The notes: generated by a model not told the origin, from the letters alone. A stretch of 64,000 nucleotides of DNA from an uncultured archaeon (GCA_964347045.1 CAYFXC010000003.1:38701-102700), one strand, 5' to 3'; positions 31,319 through 41,796 are shown, counted from the stretch's first letter. A program made the numbers and translations.

Positions 31319-32599
31319 ATGTCCTTTCTAAGAGGCGTTCTTAGCGGAGATCCTGCAAAATCAGCTGCGAAACATGAGAAACGGGCTAGAATGCATCAAG
31401 CCGAAGGTAATGAATCAAAAGCTGCCGATGAATGGGCTGCCGCAGGACGCGATTACATAAAGATTCCCGATTATCAACATGCTTATGACGCCTTTTTACA
31501 AGCAGCACAATTTTATCTTGCTGTTAAGGATGATAAGCGAGAGAATGCAATTCTTTTTGATGCCGTGGATGCGGCTATTACAAACCAAGATTTCACAGCA
31601 GCATCAGGGGCTTTAAACCAGGTAACCCGCATAGGTACTAGAAAAAATGATGATGCACTACTGATTCGAGCTTACTCTCTCCAAACCATTCTGTTATTTG
31701 CTGCTAATGATTTAGCGAAATCGAAGCAGACTCATCGTGAGGCAGAAAAAATCGAGAAACGCTTAGGTCAGAAAAAAATTAAAACAGCTCTTTTTCCCAT
31801 TGCATCCCTCCTCGTTAACCGTTTTATTGAAGGAGAGGTTGTTCCTAAGGATATTCAACTCCCCGCCCGTGTTGACGAGTCAGAAACAGTAAATCAATTA
31901 ATTACAGATCTCCTCTCACTCTATCAAGATACACAATCTGCAACTCTAAAATTAAAACTGGACAAAGAAGAAGTCAAAATCAAAGAGCGCGTCTCTGGAC
32001 GCGTTACAATCTCCTTTTCAGCCCCGGCACAAATTATTGACACTCAGATTTCACTTCCCTCAAATATTGCACTGCTGGAAACATTGACCATTCCCCTTGG
32101 ATCAAAGAAGAAATTCAAGATTCCATTCTCACTGGAACCCCGGTTACCAGGCACCTTTGATGTCGGGCCACTGACAATCCTTTTTCAAATAGATCATCAG
32201 CAATTTCAATTTAGATCCAATCTATCCCAATTGAAAATCACTGCTGCCAAACCTCGAATTAACCTGGTCGCAAAACCGGTCATTTCTCCTCATTCTCAAG
32301 AGGAATTCGAGCTTTCTCTACGTGTTGAAAACACCAGCCATGGCGATGCCTCTGATTTAGCTATCAATATAAGCCTACCACCTACTCTTCTTCTCAAAAC
32401 TGGGACACTAGAAAAACGTATACTCGCTCTTCCTGCCCAACAGCATGTCCAATTCCCCCTATTCCTTATTGCTACCAAAGCAGGCACTCATGAAGGCGTA
32501 ATGACGTGTATATTCCAAGGTCCAAGTGGACGAAGCCAAAAAATAGAGAATAAGTTTTCAGTAGAAATTTTACCCCGGGTCCGAAAGGAAAAAGATTAA
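31319..32599 (+). CDS. Soluble protein with an alpha-SNAP/TPR-like N-terminal solenoid and two C-terminal Ig-like domains
   Basis: Helical N-half (AADEWAAAG..Y....AYDAFLQAAQFY); beta C-half (PRLPGTFDVGPLTI, LRVENTSHGDA); no signal peptide or TM helix. Confidence 0.65.
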   Translation: MSFLRGVLSGDPAKSAAKHEKRARMHQAEGNESKAADEWAAAGRDYIKIPDYQHAYDAFLQAAQFYLAVKDDKRENAILFDAVDAAITNQDFTAASGALNQVTRIGTRKNDDALLIRAYSLQTILLFAANDLAKSKQTHREAEKIEKRLGQKKIKTALFPIASLLVNRFIEGEVVPKDIQLPARVDESETVNQLITDLLSLYQDTQSATLKLKLDKEEVKIKERVSGRVTISFSAPAQIIDTQISLPSNIALLETLTIPLGSKKKFKIPFSLEPRLPGTFDVGPLTILFQIDHQQFQFRSNLSQLKITAAKPRINLVAKPVISPHSQEEFELSLRVENTSHGDASDLAINISLPPTLLLKTGTLEKRILALPAQQHVQFPLFLIATKAGTHEGVMTCIFQGPSGRSQKIENKFSVEILPRVRKEKD

Positions 32600-32644
32600 T
32601 GAACTGCCTTAGCCGCTGTCAACTATGAATAGGGGTTAACAACT

Positions 32645-33943
32645 ATGCGAGCACTTCTTCTAGCAGGCGGTGAAGGCAAACGCATGTGGCCACTTGTTGA
32701 TACATGCCCTAAACCACTAATCGATATCGGTGGTAAACCAGTCATAGAGTGGATAATTAAAGATATGCGTGCAGCAGGAATTCGTGACATCGTCGTATCC
32801 CTCGGATATCGCGGGGAGCAGATTCGCGATTTTCTAGGACAGGGTCACAAATTCGGTGTAAAAATTGAATATGTAGTTCAGAAAGAACCTCGAAGTGTCA
32901 CAGATTCTATTCTTGTCGCGAGAGAAGAATTACAGGGTGAAGATGCATTTTTCATCGTCAACGCGGATATCCTGGGCGAACCTACAATGTTTCGGCGTGC
33001 CCAACGACATTTCAAAGATCTTGGTGCCGAAGTTGTCATCAGCCTCACTTTAACAAACAATCCTCAGTTCTATGGAATTGCAGAAATTAACGAACGTGCT
33101 CGAATCAAACGTTTGGTCGAAAAGCCTCAACCTTCTGAAATCCAAAGTCGCTATGCAGTCGCGGGGATTTACGTGGTTCAGTCTAATATATTCAATTTGC
33201 TCGAAAATACAAAGGATTTGACCACCACCTTTCAACAGCTTATTGATAAGAGGAAAGAGGTCTATGGTTCCGTTTGGGAACGAGATTGGGTGGAAATATC
33301 TTACCCCTGGGATCTCATTCGTGCCAATCGGTTCGTTCTCGATAAAGTGTTAACAGGTAAAGGGTCTTTTATCGCCTCATCTGCTGATGTACAACAGCCC
33401 AGTAGAATCGAAGGTTCCGTTCACATCTCTGAAGGCGTTGTAATTCGTCCCCATTCAACAATACGAGGACCCACCTATATTGGTCCTAACACCTACATTG
33501 GAAATAATGTACTAGTTCGAGAATACACCGCTTTAGGCTCCAATGTCTTAGTGGGGTTTGGTGTTGAAATCAAAGAAAGTCTCATCTTTGATGAAACCAA
33601 AATTGGCCGCTTATGTTTTGTGGGTGACAGTGTAGTGGGACGTAACGTGGATATTGGGGCAGGCGCACAGCTTGTTAATCGTCCGGTTGCTGGAGAATCA
33701 ATTTCATCTGTCATAAAAGGTAAATCAGAAGTTGTACCTCGAGTGAAATACGGCGCGGTGATTGGAGATAATGCCATCCTGAGTCCCAATGTTTCCATAT
33801 ATCCTGGAGTGAAGGTTGGAACTAATTCTATTGTGCTACCTGGCACCATTCTTTCAGGGGATATTCCTGCTGACACAGAAGCAAAAACTACTCACAAAGT
33901 TGCATTTCGTGCTTTAGGTCAAAGAAAAGAGAAAAAGACTTAA
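32645..33943 (+). CDS. GlmU-like sugar-phosphate nucleotidyltransferase with left-handed beta-helix
   Basis: LAGGEGKRMWPL...PKPL, VEKP, C-terminal hexapeptide repeats. Confidence 0.9.
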   Translation: MRALLLAGGEGKRMWPLVDTCPKPLIDIGGKPVIEWIIKDMRAAGIRDIVVSLGYRGEQIRDFLGQGHKFGVKIEYVVQKEPRSVTDSILVAREELQGEDAFFIVNADILGEPTMFRRAQRHFKDLGAEVVISLTLTNNPQFYGIAEINERARIKRLVEKPQPSEIQSRYAVAGIYVVQSNIFNLLENTKDLTTTFQQLIDKRKEVYGSVWERDWVEISYPWDLIRANRFVLDKVLTGKGSFIASSADVQQPSRIEGSVHISEGVVIRPHSTIRGPTYIGPNTYIGNNVLVREYTALGSNVLVGFGVEIKESLIFDETKIGRLCFVGDSVVGRNVDIGAGAQLVNRPVAGESISSVIKGKSEVVPRVKYGAVIGDNAILSPNVSIYPGVKVGTNSIVLPGTILSGDIPADTEAKTTHKVAFRALGQRKEKKT

Positions 33944-33980
33944 AGGCTTTTAGGATGTCCGTCCCAAACGGTGATTCGGA

Positions 33981-34211
33981 GTGGCTGTAGTTCTTGCCTA
34001 TGTCCTTATCTTAGCAAAATCCGGACGCGAATTTGATATAATCGAGAGCCTAAAAGAATTCAAGCAAGTCAAAGAGGCACGAACCACGTTAGGTTCATGG
34101 GACATCATTGCCGCTGTGGAATCTGATTCCATGGAAGATCTCTATGTGCTTGTAGAACGAATACGAGCCCTTAGAAACGTCGAACGTACATCTACCCTCA
34201 TTACGAGATAA
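33981..34211 (+). CDS. Stand-alone Lrp/AsnC ligand-binding (RAM) domain protein
   Basis: AYVLI....G, G.WDIIA.VE, IRAL.NV.RTSTLI. Confidence 0.88.
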   Translation: MAVVLAYVLILAKSGREFDIIESLKEFKQVKEARTTLGSWDIIAAVESDSMEDLYVLVERIRALRNVERTSTLITR

Positions 34212-34334
34212 TTAAGCCGCCTCCCGTTCTTTATTTCCAACCAGCCCATTTTTATCATCACATTCCTCAGGAACTAATTAACAAAAGAGTGCCTTTTTGG
34301 GGCTTCTTCCTTCCCCCTGACGAGGTAGAATTTC

Positions 34335-35375
34335 ATGACTGATGCATTTCCACCTTCAACAGAAGAATTCGATACAATTGAGGAACGGGCGGGAGATGCG
34401 AAATTCTTCCTAACTCTTGGAAGTGGAACCTTCTTAATCTTAGGCGCTCTCCTACTTCTACCTCATCTCGCCAATTATTTTGGTTTAATTCTCCTTCCTC
34501 CAAATGTAGCCCTTGCTTCGCTCATGGCTGGATTAGGTTATCTCCTTCCCGGATTTGTTCTATTCGCCTGGGGTTTAGGAAAAATCTTTCGTGGAAAGGA
34601 TCTGACTTTTCAGCAAGTTTGGCAAGCCCGAGTGCAAATTGGGGATGTCAAGCGAACCCTTCGCTTCCTCGTCTTTGTTACATTCTTTATCATCCTGCTT
34701 GTAGTTCCCGTGCTCATCGGGCTGTCTATCCTTGACATTATGAATGCCATCATTATGTGGGCACTTACTGTCTTTGGACCATTAGGAATTTATGTCGGAG
34801 TTTTCATTATTAGTATCTTTGGTAATTTCACTGTCATTTTTCCCGTTCCTTACTTGTTTATTATTCTCTTAATTGCCCTCCAACCAGGATTCACACTGTT
34901 AGATGCTCTGCTGCTTGGCATAGTGGCTGGCGCCGGAGCAGCTATTGGAGAAACAGTTGCCTGGCTACTCGGGCGTAGTCAGAGCGGATCCTTGGAAGAA
35001 TCACCTACTGGGCAAAAGATTTTAAAAATCCGTGGACAAATCGAACGCGGCTATGGGGGGCTATTGATCTTCATCTATGCTGCAACACCACTACCTGATG
35101 ACATCCTCCTCATCGCTCTTGGGGCAACGAAATATCCGCTATGGAAAGCTCTCGTTTTTTGTTTCTTCGGAAAAGTTGCACTTGCATTATTAATTACTTT
35201 GGGAGCGCAGTTACCCTTTCTACAACCCATTTTGTTCCAAATTTTTGGAGGAGGTTCAGATCCTCTCATGGATACCCTCTATCTCATTCTCGGTATCGCT
35301 TTGATTGGTCTATTCTTTTTACCATGGGGAACCCTGCTAAGGAAGATTCGTGGCACATCAGAGGAGACGAAATAA
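34335..35375 (+). CDS. VTT/DedA superfamily membrane protein with extra N-terminal TM helices
   Basis: GNFTVIFPVPY, GAAIGETVAWLLGR, AATPLPDD motifs. Confidence 0.85.
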   Translation: MTDAFPPSTEEFDTIEERAGDAKFFLTLGSGTFLILGALLLLPHLANYFGLILLPPNVALASLMAGLGYLLPGFVLFAWGLGKIFRGKDLTFQQVWQARVQIGDVKRTLRFLVFVTFFIILLVVPVLIGLSILDIMNAIIMWALTVFGPLGIYVGVFIISIFGNFTVIFPVPYLFIILLIALQPGFTLLDALLLGIVAGAGAAIGETVAWLLGRSQSGSLEESPTGQKILKIRGQIERGYGGLLIFIYAATPLPDDILLIALGATKYPLWKALVFCFFGKVALALLITLGAQLPFLQPILFQIFGGGSDPLMDTLYLILGIALIGLFFLPWGTLLRKIRGTSEETK

Positions 35376-36023
35376 ATAGATTCGCTCTAATAAGCCAAAA
35401 ATACGGCCCTTAGCAATGATCTGAATTTTGAAGCCGACATTTTTTGTAAGTGAAATTATCCGTGGCAATAAAGCAGCGGAACTTAGCAGCATCTGGATTT
35501 CACCGTTTTTGGCTAGCACTTGTCGTGCATTGCTAAGAAACTGATCAAATAGCTCGTACTTAGAACCAGCACACCATCCTTTTGCCATCCAGCTTTGAGC
35601 ATCAAACCGGAAATAAGGGGGGTTGAATAAGATGATATCAAATGTTTCGTCCTTTACTGGAGAGAATAAATCACCTAAAAGGACTCTAACTCGGCTCTCA
35701 ATTCCATTTAGTCGCAAAGTAGCTTGGGCACATTGAACCGCTAAGGGACTGATATCCGTTGCTGTCACAGGTTGTGTTATCTGTGCCGCCGCGGCTGCGA
35801 TGGCTCCTGACCCAGTGCCAATTTCAAGCACCCGTCTTCTAGGTTTTAATTTCATGTGTCGAATAAAAAAGGAGGTTGTTTGACCCAAAATCGGGTTGAA
35901 CACTTGGGGGCAAATCTGTACGCGAAGTCCGTTAATCATTGTTACTTTTTCATAATGTACTCGACGATGGAAGAGTTCCAATAACCATGCGATTAGCCTT
36001 GGATATTGTGATTGGGCTAACAT
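35358..36023 (-). CDS. HemK/PrmC-like class I SAM methyltransferase
   Basis: LEIGTGSG, DISP, GDLF, FNPPY. Confidence 0.88.
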   Translation of the reverse strand: MLAQSQYPRLIAWLLELFHRRVHYEKVTMINGLRVQICPQVFNPILGQTTSFFIRHMKLKPRRRVLEIGTGSGAIAAAAAQITQPVTATDISPLAVQCAQATLRLNGIESRVRVLLGDLFSPVKDETFDIILFNPPYFRFDAQSWMAKGWCAGSKYELFDQFLSNARQVLAKNGEIQMLLSSAALLPRIISLTKNVGFKIQIIAKGRIFGLLERIYLFRLL

Positions 36024-36152
36024 GATTAGATATCCTTCTTTTGTTTCATTCACAAGAGCATAATTGTTTAGTTTTCCCCTAAAACAACTAGGAGCTGATA
36101 TGCTACCCCACAAGGTTTTAAACTATTCAATCTAAGGTGACACTGATGCAGA

Positions 36153-36617
36153 ATGGCGCTCGGCGGATTTGACTTCTTAGCAGCTGAAAAAGACACCTCT
36201 AAGAAAATTGAGGAACTTGCGCAAGTTCTTGAAAGGGTGGCAACCATTTTTCTCAACGGCGTTGGCTCACTTGAAAAACAAATAGATGATTTGCGAAATC
36301 GGTTATCTATAATTGAAACACAAGTTGATACAGTTCTTCGTATGGGTGGACCCAAAGGAGCACCAACAGTTACCGCCGCCACCAGTGTAGGAGAACCGCC
36401 TAAAGCCGGACCAACTCCTAGTCCTGGAATGCCGCCTTCACAAGCTAGTCCCGGTTCTTCTCCAGGTCTGGCAGCACCTCCTCAAGCGCCAACATCACCG
36501 ATGGGTGCTGCGGCCTCCGGCGGGCTAGGAATTCGTGCTCAAATGCAAGGTGAACTTCAATCATTTCTTGCTCGACGCCGTGCGGCGCTTGAATCCATGA
36601 TGGAAAATGAAGAATAG
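36153..36617 (+). CDS. Small protein: coiled coil, proline-rich linker, basic C-terminal helix
   Basis: Heptad segment FLNGVGSLEKQIDDLRNRLSIIETQV; Pro-rich centre; MQGELQSFLARRRAA; GGTGA RBS. Confidence 0.8.
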   Translation: MALGGFDFLAAEKDTSKKIEELAQVLERVATIFLNGVGSLEKQIDDLRNRLSIIETQVDTVLRMGGPKGAPTVTAATSVGEPPKAGPTPSPGMPPSQASPGSSPGLAAPPQAPTSPMGAAASGGLGIRAQMQGELQSFLARRRAALESMMENEE

Positions 36618-36629
36618 CAGCGTCTTGCC

Positions 36630-37250
36630 CTATTCATTTTTAAAGAATTGGCTTAAATCCTGTTGACCTTTCTGTGGTTCGGAATTTAATTTTTCACGAG
36701 TATTAAGCAGGCGTTTTAGTTTTTGCATATCTGCTTCCATCTCTGGGGTTAGATTTTGATTATACAATCCTGCCGCAGGGTGATACATTACAAAATAGGT
36801 GCGTCCTCCGCGTTTGAAGGTTTTTCCATGCATGGTTCCCATTCTTACAGTTGTTTCAAGAATGGTTTCTGTTGGAACTCGACCGACCAACGCAATAACT
36901 CGAGGTTTTATAAAATCTAATTGGCGTAAAAGGAATGGAAAACAGGCTTTTCGTTCATCAGCGAATGGTTGTCGATTTTCTGGAGGACGACACTTTACGA
37001 TGTTTGTGATGAAAACCATCGCTCTCGGGATTCCGGCTTCTTCTAGCAATTTGGTAAGTAATTTTCCTGCCGCTCCAACAAACGGCTCACCTTGAAGATC
37101 CTCTTGTCTTCCTGGTGCCTCGCCGATTATAACTAATTGGGCTTCTTGAGGCCCAACTCCCGGCACTGCTTGTGTCCGGGATTTCGAAAGTATACATTTA
37201 CGACATTCTAATATCTCGTGTCGTAGAAGGATCCATTGGTCTGAACTCAT
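36630..37250 (-). CDS. udg: Family 4 uracil-DNA glycosylase (Fe-S)
   Basis: CxxC, GEAPG..ED..G.PFVG, KCRPPENR, YHPAA. Confidence 0.93.
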   Translation of the reverse strand: MSSDQWILLRHEILECRKCILSKSRTQAVPGVGPQEAQLVIIGEAPGRQEDLQGEPFVGAAGKLLTKLLEEAGIPRAMVFITNIVKCRPPENRQPFADERKACFPFLLRQLDFIKPRVIALVGRVPTETILETTVRMGTMHGKTFKRGGRTYFVMYHPAAGLYNQNLTPEMEADMQKLKRLLNTREKLNSEPQKGQQDLSQFFKNE

Positions 37251-37307
37251 CGTCTCACCACTTACCAAGCATCAACAGGGTGGAGAGGGTACATCTTCCT
37301 CTTAATG

Positions 37308-38156
37308 CTATTCGGTTGGGGTTGTTGCACGAACTCGTCGTCGCTTGCGGAATGCATAGAAGAGAACTAAGCCTAGAAAAATCCCTGCAGGTAAAATGAT
37401 GGTTACAATCTTGTTAACCAATGATGTATCAACAGGAATGGTAATGACTTGACTACTGATGAATTCGTCAAAATAATACATTGAAACGTTTGCAGGGAAC
37501 ATACCGAAATCATATACGTGAGTAACATTAGGCATTAGTGGAATTGCTACTGTATTCGATCCAGGTAGAATTTCGACTTCTTGTGAAGAGTTTACAAATT
37601 TTGATCCAAATACTTCAATACGAACTGATTTTATCTCGTTGACGCGATTTTCAATTGAGACCAAAAGGAGTCCTATTTGGTTCTGTGAAAAGACGCTTCC
37701 AGGCACAACATTTGTGATGCTTGCAACAGGAATCACAGTGATCGGGTATTGCTCGTATAAGAACGAGAAATCACCAACACTAATCTCAAAGGTAGCAATG
37801 TGAACTCCCAAAGTAGCGGTCTCATTTACTTTGTACTCAACGACGACAGTCATTGACTCTTCAGGTCCGATTGTGAAGTTCACAAGTTCTATGAGTGGAT
37901 TAATTGGGCTTTGGCTTCGGATTTCGCCTATTTGGTCAGAAAACCGTGCCCACCCATCAAGTGAGATATTTAACAAGTTATGGACGGTTGCTTGTACTTG
38001 CCCACTTGATGCTTGAGGTATTTCATAGGGGACTTGAACATCGGTGATTTGGATATTCGGTTGAGCCGCAACCGGTGTGTAGGCGGGTAAACCCAGAATT
38101 GAGGCGATGAACAACGTTGCAATCAAAAGGGTACAAATGCGAAGTGAGAGTTTCAC
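37308..38156 (-). CDS. Secreted beta-rich protein with C-terminal membrane anchor
   Basis: Signal peptide, N-glycosylation sequons, C-terminal TM helix followed by RKRRR. Confidence 0.75.
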   Translation of the reverse strand: MKLSLRICTLLIATLFIASILGLPAYTPVAAQPNIQITDVQVPYEIPQASSGQVQATVHNLLNISLDGWARFSDQIGEIRSQSPINPLIELVNFTIGPEESMTVVVEYKVNETATLGVHIATFEISVGDFSFLYEQYPITVIPVASITNVVPGSVFSQNQIGLLLVSIENRVNEIKSVRIEVFGSKFVNSSQEVEILPGSNTVAIPLMPNVTHVYDFGMFPANVSMYYFDEFISSQVITIPVDTSLVNKIVTIILPAGIFLGLVLFYAFRKRRRVRATTPTE

Positions 38157-38305
38157 TAGTTAGCCACCTTGTTGTTTACTGGTCTTGGGGTTCAGAGCCA
38201 ATGTCTAATGTGTCTTTTAAAGTCTTTCTGCCTAGGACGGAACGAAAATCTTCTCCCTCCTTAGACATGCTCGAAGGCAGTTCTCCAAGTAACTAATTCG
38301 GCATG

Positions 38306-38349
38306 TTTAAATAAAGCAGTATTACTGCTTTGCCGGACTATATATAGTC
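38306..38349 (+). promoter_or_regulatory. padR-cdc48 promoter with two palindromic operator candidates
   Basis: TATA TTTAAATA 38306-38313; AAAGCAGTA-T-TACTGCTTT 38313-38331; perfect palindrome GACTATATATAGTC 38336-38349. Confidence 0.7.
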
Positions 38350-38375
38350 ACACGATATATTCGGAGTAGAGTTGA

Positions 38376-38798
38376 ATGACTGAAGCACCTACCGACAAAA
38401 CAAATGATAAGATTCGAGAATGGTCTCGTGAAATCAATCGTGGCATTCTTGAGTTCTGGGTACTCACCTTATTGCGGCAAGAAAGCCTTTATGGAGCGCG
38501 TATCAGCGCTCTTATCGATGACATGTCGGCAGGGCACATTCAAATGGAACCCGGAACCATCTATCCCTTACTCAATCGTCTTGCAGAAAAAGGGTGGATT
38601 GTTGGCAACACCAAAATCCACAGTGAAGGTCGAGGGCCCTTGCGTCGGTACTATCGGTTAACCAAAGATGGTGATCAATTACTCCAAGCAATGATCGACC
38701 ATTACTTTGATACATGTGAAGCCCTCTTCCAATTAATGGCATCTGAGTTCCAGTCTGTCCGTAAACGCTTATCTTCAATAACGGAGGAAATTGATTAA
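38376..38798 (+). CDS. PadR family transcriptional regulator
   Basis: RGILE..VL.LL, YG..I, GTIYPLLNRL..KGWI, RRYYRLT..G. Confidence 0.92.
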   Translation: MTEAPTDKTNDKIREWSREINRGILEFWVLTLLRQESLYGARISALIDDMSAGHIQMEPGTIYPLLNRLAEKGWIVGNTKIHSEGRGPLRRYYRLTKDGDQLLQAMIDHYFDTCEALFQLMASEFQSVRKRLSSITEEID

Positions 38799-41051
38799 AT
38801 GTCAGCAAAAATTCAACTTCGTGTAGTCTCTCTTCCAAGCGATGAAGCTGGACGTGGAATTGTCCGTGTTGACCCCAAGGTCATGGAACGCCTTGGCGTG
38901 ACGTCGGGGGACATAGTTGAGATTACAGGAAAAAAGAATACTGGTGCTCGCGTTTGGCGTGGTCAATCCATTCATGCGGGTTCAGGAAAAATCTTCATGG
39001 ATGGTCTGGTCCGAAGCAACGCTGGTACTGGGATTGGAGAATTTGTCGAAGTCAAACGAATTGATCCATCACCTGCTAAAGGAGTCGAACTTGCACCTGC
39101 ACAACGAGGTGTTCGAATTGTCGCGGAAGGCGATGCCGTAAAACCGAGCTTAAATCAACGACCAGTTGCTCAAGGTGATATTGTTAGTACTGCGGGATCA
39201 GGCACCATTCGGAGTGGCGATTATTCAGTTTTCGAAGCTATGATGCGTGGTGCAGGAGCACCCTTTGCCCTTGGAGAAATCAAGTTCGTGGTTACTAAAA
39301 CCACTCCTAAAGGCATTGTTAAGATTACCGAAGATACGGTTATTCAGATTCAACCCGAAGCCGTCGATATTACTGTAAAAGCTCCCATTGTCACCTACGA
39401 AGATATTGGAGGGCTTGATGAGGCTATTGACCGCGTTCGCGAGATGATTGAACTTCCTTTGAAACACCCGGTGCTCTTTGATCGATTGGGAATTGATCCA
39501 CCAAAAGGAGTCCTACTATTCGGACCACCTGGTACGGGTAAAACTCTTCTAGCACGTGCTGTAGCCAATGAATCTGATGCAACATTCATTTCCATTAATG
39601 GTCCTGAAATTATGAGTAAATTTTATGGCGAATCTGAAAAACGCCTACGGGAACTATTTGATAAAGCATCTGAACGTGCTCCTAGCATCATCTTCATTGA
39701 TGAAATCGACAGCATTGCTCCTAAACGTGAAGAAGTACAAGGGGAAGTAGAACGTCGTGTTGTAGCCCAGCTCCTTGCACTCATGGATGGTCTTCAAGCC
39801 CGAGGCCGAGTCATCGTCATTGCGGCCACTAACCGCCAAGATGCATTAGATCCAGCGTTACGTCGCCCCGGTCGCTTTGACCGCGAAATTGAAATCCCAG
39901 TACCAACACGCACGGGACGCAAGGAAATTCTTCTTATCCACACACGTGGTATGCCCTTAGCTAAAGATGTGAATCTAGATACACTTGCTGATTCCACACA
40001 TGGAATGGTAGGCGCTGATTTGGCTGCAATTGCCCGTGAAGCGGCAATGAATACGTTGCGCCGGATTCTTCCACGAATCAATTTGGATGAGGATCAACCT
40101 CTTCCATCAGATATTATTGAAAGTCTTGAAGTCACAGGTGAAGATTTTGACGAATCATTACGACGTGCAGAACCTTCTGCTCTTCGCGAAGTGTATCTAG
40201 AAATCCCCAAAGTATCATGGGAGGACGTGGGAGGACTAAAAGAAGTAGAAGATGAATTACGCGAAGCTGTTGAGTGGCCTCTAAAATACCCTGCTAAATT
40301 TGAAAAAGTCGGGGTTCAACCACCTAAAGGAATTCTTCTCGTTGGACCACCTGGTGGTGGAAAGACATTACTAGCAAAGGCTGTTGCCACCGAAAGTGAA
40401 GCCAACTTCATTGCCATCCGAGGACCTGAGATTTTCAGCAAATGGGTGGGAGAATCTGAGAAAGGAATTCGGAAAATCTTTCGCAAAGCACGACAAGTTG
40501 CGCCTAGTATAATCTTCTTTGACGAGCTTGATAGCCTTGCTCCCGCAAGAGGTCAATGGCAAGGAAGCCACGTCTATGAATCCGTTCTTAATCAACTCCT
40601 TGCAGAGATGGATGGAATGGAAGAGCTCAAAAACGTCGTTGTAATTGGTGCCACCAATCGACCTGAAATCATTGATAAGGCACTCCTCCGCCCTGGACGC
40701 TTTGACCGAATCATCATGGTCCCAGCACCAGACATGGAAGCTCGGATAGAAATTCTCAAGGTTCATACACGAAAAATGCCCATCGATGACGATGTAGACC
40801 TTATAAAAATCGCTAAGGAAACCGAAGGCTACTCTGGTGCTGATATCGCAAACCTTATCCGTGAAGCTGGCATGTACGCAATTCGAAACGAAGAAAAACT
40901 GACTACTGTCAATGCCAAGCACTTTGAAGCAGCTAGGGCTAAAATCAAACCCAGCATCACTCCTGAAATGCTCAAAGCCTACAAAGATTACATCGACGTG
41001 ATGTCCACAAAACGTGATGCTATCGACACCACGCCTGGTCCTTATACCTAA
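38799..41051 (+). CDS. cdc48: CDC48/VCP AAA+ ATPase
   Basis: N domain, two AAA modules ([16 protein letters not shown]; RPGRFDR twice), C-terminal PYT resembling HbYX. Confidence 0.96.
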   Translation: MSAKIQLRVVSLPSDEAGRGIVRVDPKVMERLGVTSGDIVEITGKKNTGARVWRGQSIHAGSGKIFMDGLVRSNAGTGIGEFVEVKRIDPSPAKGVELAPAQRGVRIVAEGDAVKPSLNQRPVAQGDIVSTAGSGTIRSGDYSVFEAMMRGAGAPFALGEIKFVVTKTTPKGIVKITEDTVIQIQPEAVDITVKAPIVTYEDIGGLDEAIDRVREMIELPLKHPVLFDRLGIDPPKGVLLFGPPGTGKTLLARAVANESDATFISINGPEIMSKFYGESEKRLRELFDKASERAPSIIFIDEIDSIAPKREEVQGEVERRVVAQLLALMDGLQARGRVIVIAATNRQDALDPALRRPGRFDREIEIPVPTRTGRKEILLIHTRGMPLAKDVNLDTLADSTHGMVGADLAAIAREAAMNTLRRILPRINLDEDQPLPSDIIESLEVTGEDFDESLRRAEPSALREVYLEIPKVSWEDVGGLKEVEDELREAVEWPLKYPAKFEKVGVQPPKGILLVGPPGGGKTLLAKAVATESEANFIAIRGPEIFSKWVGESEKGIRKIFRKARQVAPSIIFFDELDSLAPARGQWQGSHVYESVLNQLLAEMDGMEELKNVVVIGATNRPEIIDKALLRPGRFDRIIMVPAPDMEARIEILKVHTRKMPIDDDVDLIKIAKETEGYSGADIANLIREAGMYAIRNEEKLTTVNAKHFEAARAKIKPSITPEMLKAYKDYIDVMSTKRDAIDTTPGPYT

Positions 41052-41062
41052 AAACTTAAACA

Positions 41063-41098
41063 TCCGGCTCTCCCTGAGCCGGAAATCCCTTTCTTTTC
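41063..41098 (+). terminator. Hairpin plus pyrimidine tract after cdc48
   Basis: TCCGGCTC-tccct-GAGCCGGA followed by CCCTTTCTTTTC. Confidence 0.6.
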
Positions 41099-41211
41099 AT
41101 CAAAATGGCGCTTGCCAGCCCTATAAAAGGTTTATAAGGGCAATGGCTACGTTATAAACAGTCTTTAAAAAGTTTATAAAGCACACTCCGCCGGTCTGGG
41201 AGGTATTCATC

Positions 41212-41763
41212 TTGCCAAAGAGACCTAAATACAAAATAGAAAATGTAGTTGCAAGCGTCGAAGTCGACGCAAAAATTGATCTCAATCTTCTTGCCCGTAA
41301 ACAGCGGGATGCTGAATATAACCCCGAACAGTTTCCTGGGTTGATGCTCCGTGTGAAAAATCCAAAGGCTACTATTCTCGTCTTTAATAGCGGACGGATG
41401 GTCATCACAGGATTACGACGAGAGAGCGAAGCAGAGAAGGCCGTCGAAAACGTGATTGCCAAGATACGGAAAGCAGGGATCACAGTCTCCGGTAAACCCA
41501 AAATTACTATCCAAAATATCGTCGCTTCAGGTGATTTACACAGCCGCGTGGATCTCGATATGGCACAGATGGCCCTAGAACGCTGTTTGTATGAACCCGA
41601 AGTCTTCCCGGGGCTTATCTACAGAATGAAGACTCCTAAAGCCGTTTTCCTAATCTTTAGTAGTGGAAGGATTGTTTGCGCTGGTACAAACAAAGAGACA
41701 ATCACCCGCAAAGCAATCTATCTTTTAGCAGATCACATGCGTGATCTTGGGCTAATCGAATAA
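41212..41763 (+). CDS. tbp: TATA-box binding protein
   Basis: Two TBP repeats: IENVVAS...YNPEQFPGL...FNSGRMVITG and IQNIVAS...YEPEVFPGL...FSSGRIVCAG. Confidence 0.97.
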   Translation: MPKRPKYKIENVVASVEVDAKIDLNLLARKQRDAEYNPEQFPGLMLRVKNPKATILVFNSGRMVITGLRRESEAEKAVENVIAKIRKAGITVSGKPKITIQNIVASGDLHSRVDLDMAQMALERCLYEPEVFPGLIYRMKTPKAVFLIFSSGRIVCAGTNKETITRKAIYLLADHMRDLGLIE

Positions 41764-41796
41764 ATTGGAAGCCACTTTTTGGATCAAAAATATGGG

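Noticed and set aside
34225-34310. CTGA-GGAAT-GTGATGA K-loop-like motif on the minus strand
   Set aside because: No terminal C/D boxes or ACA box and no target recognised
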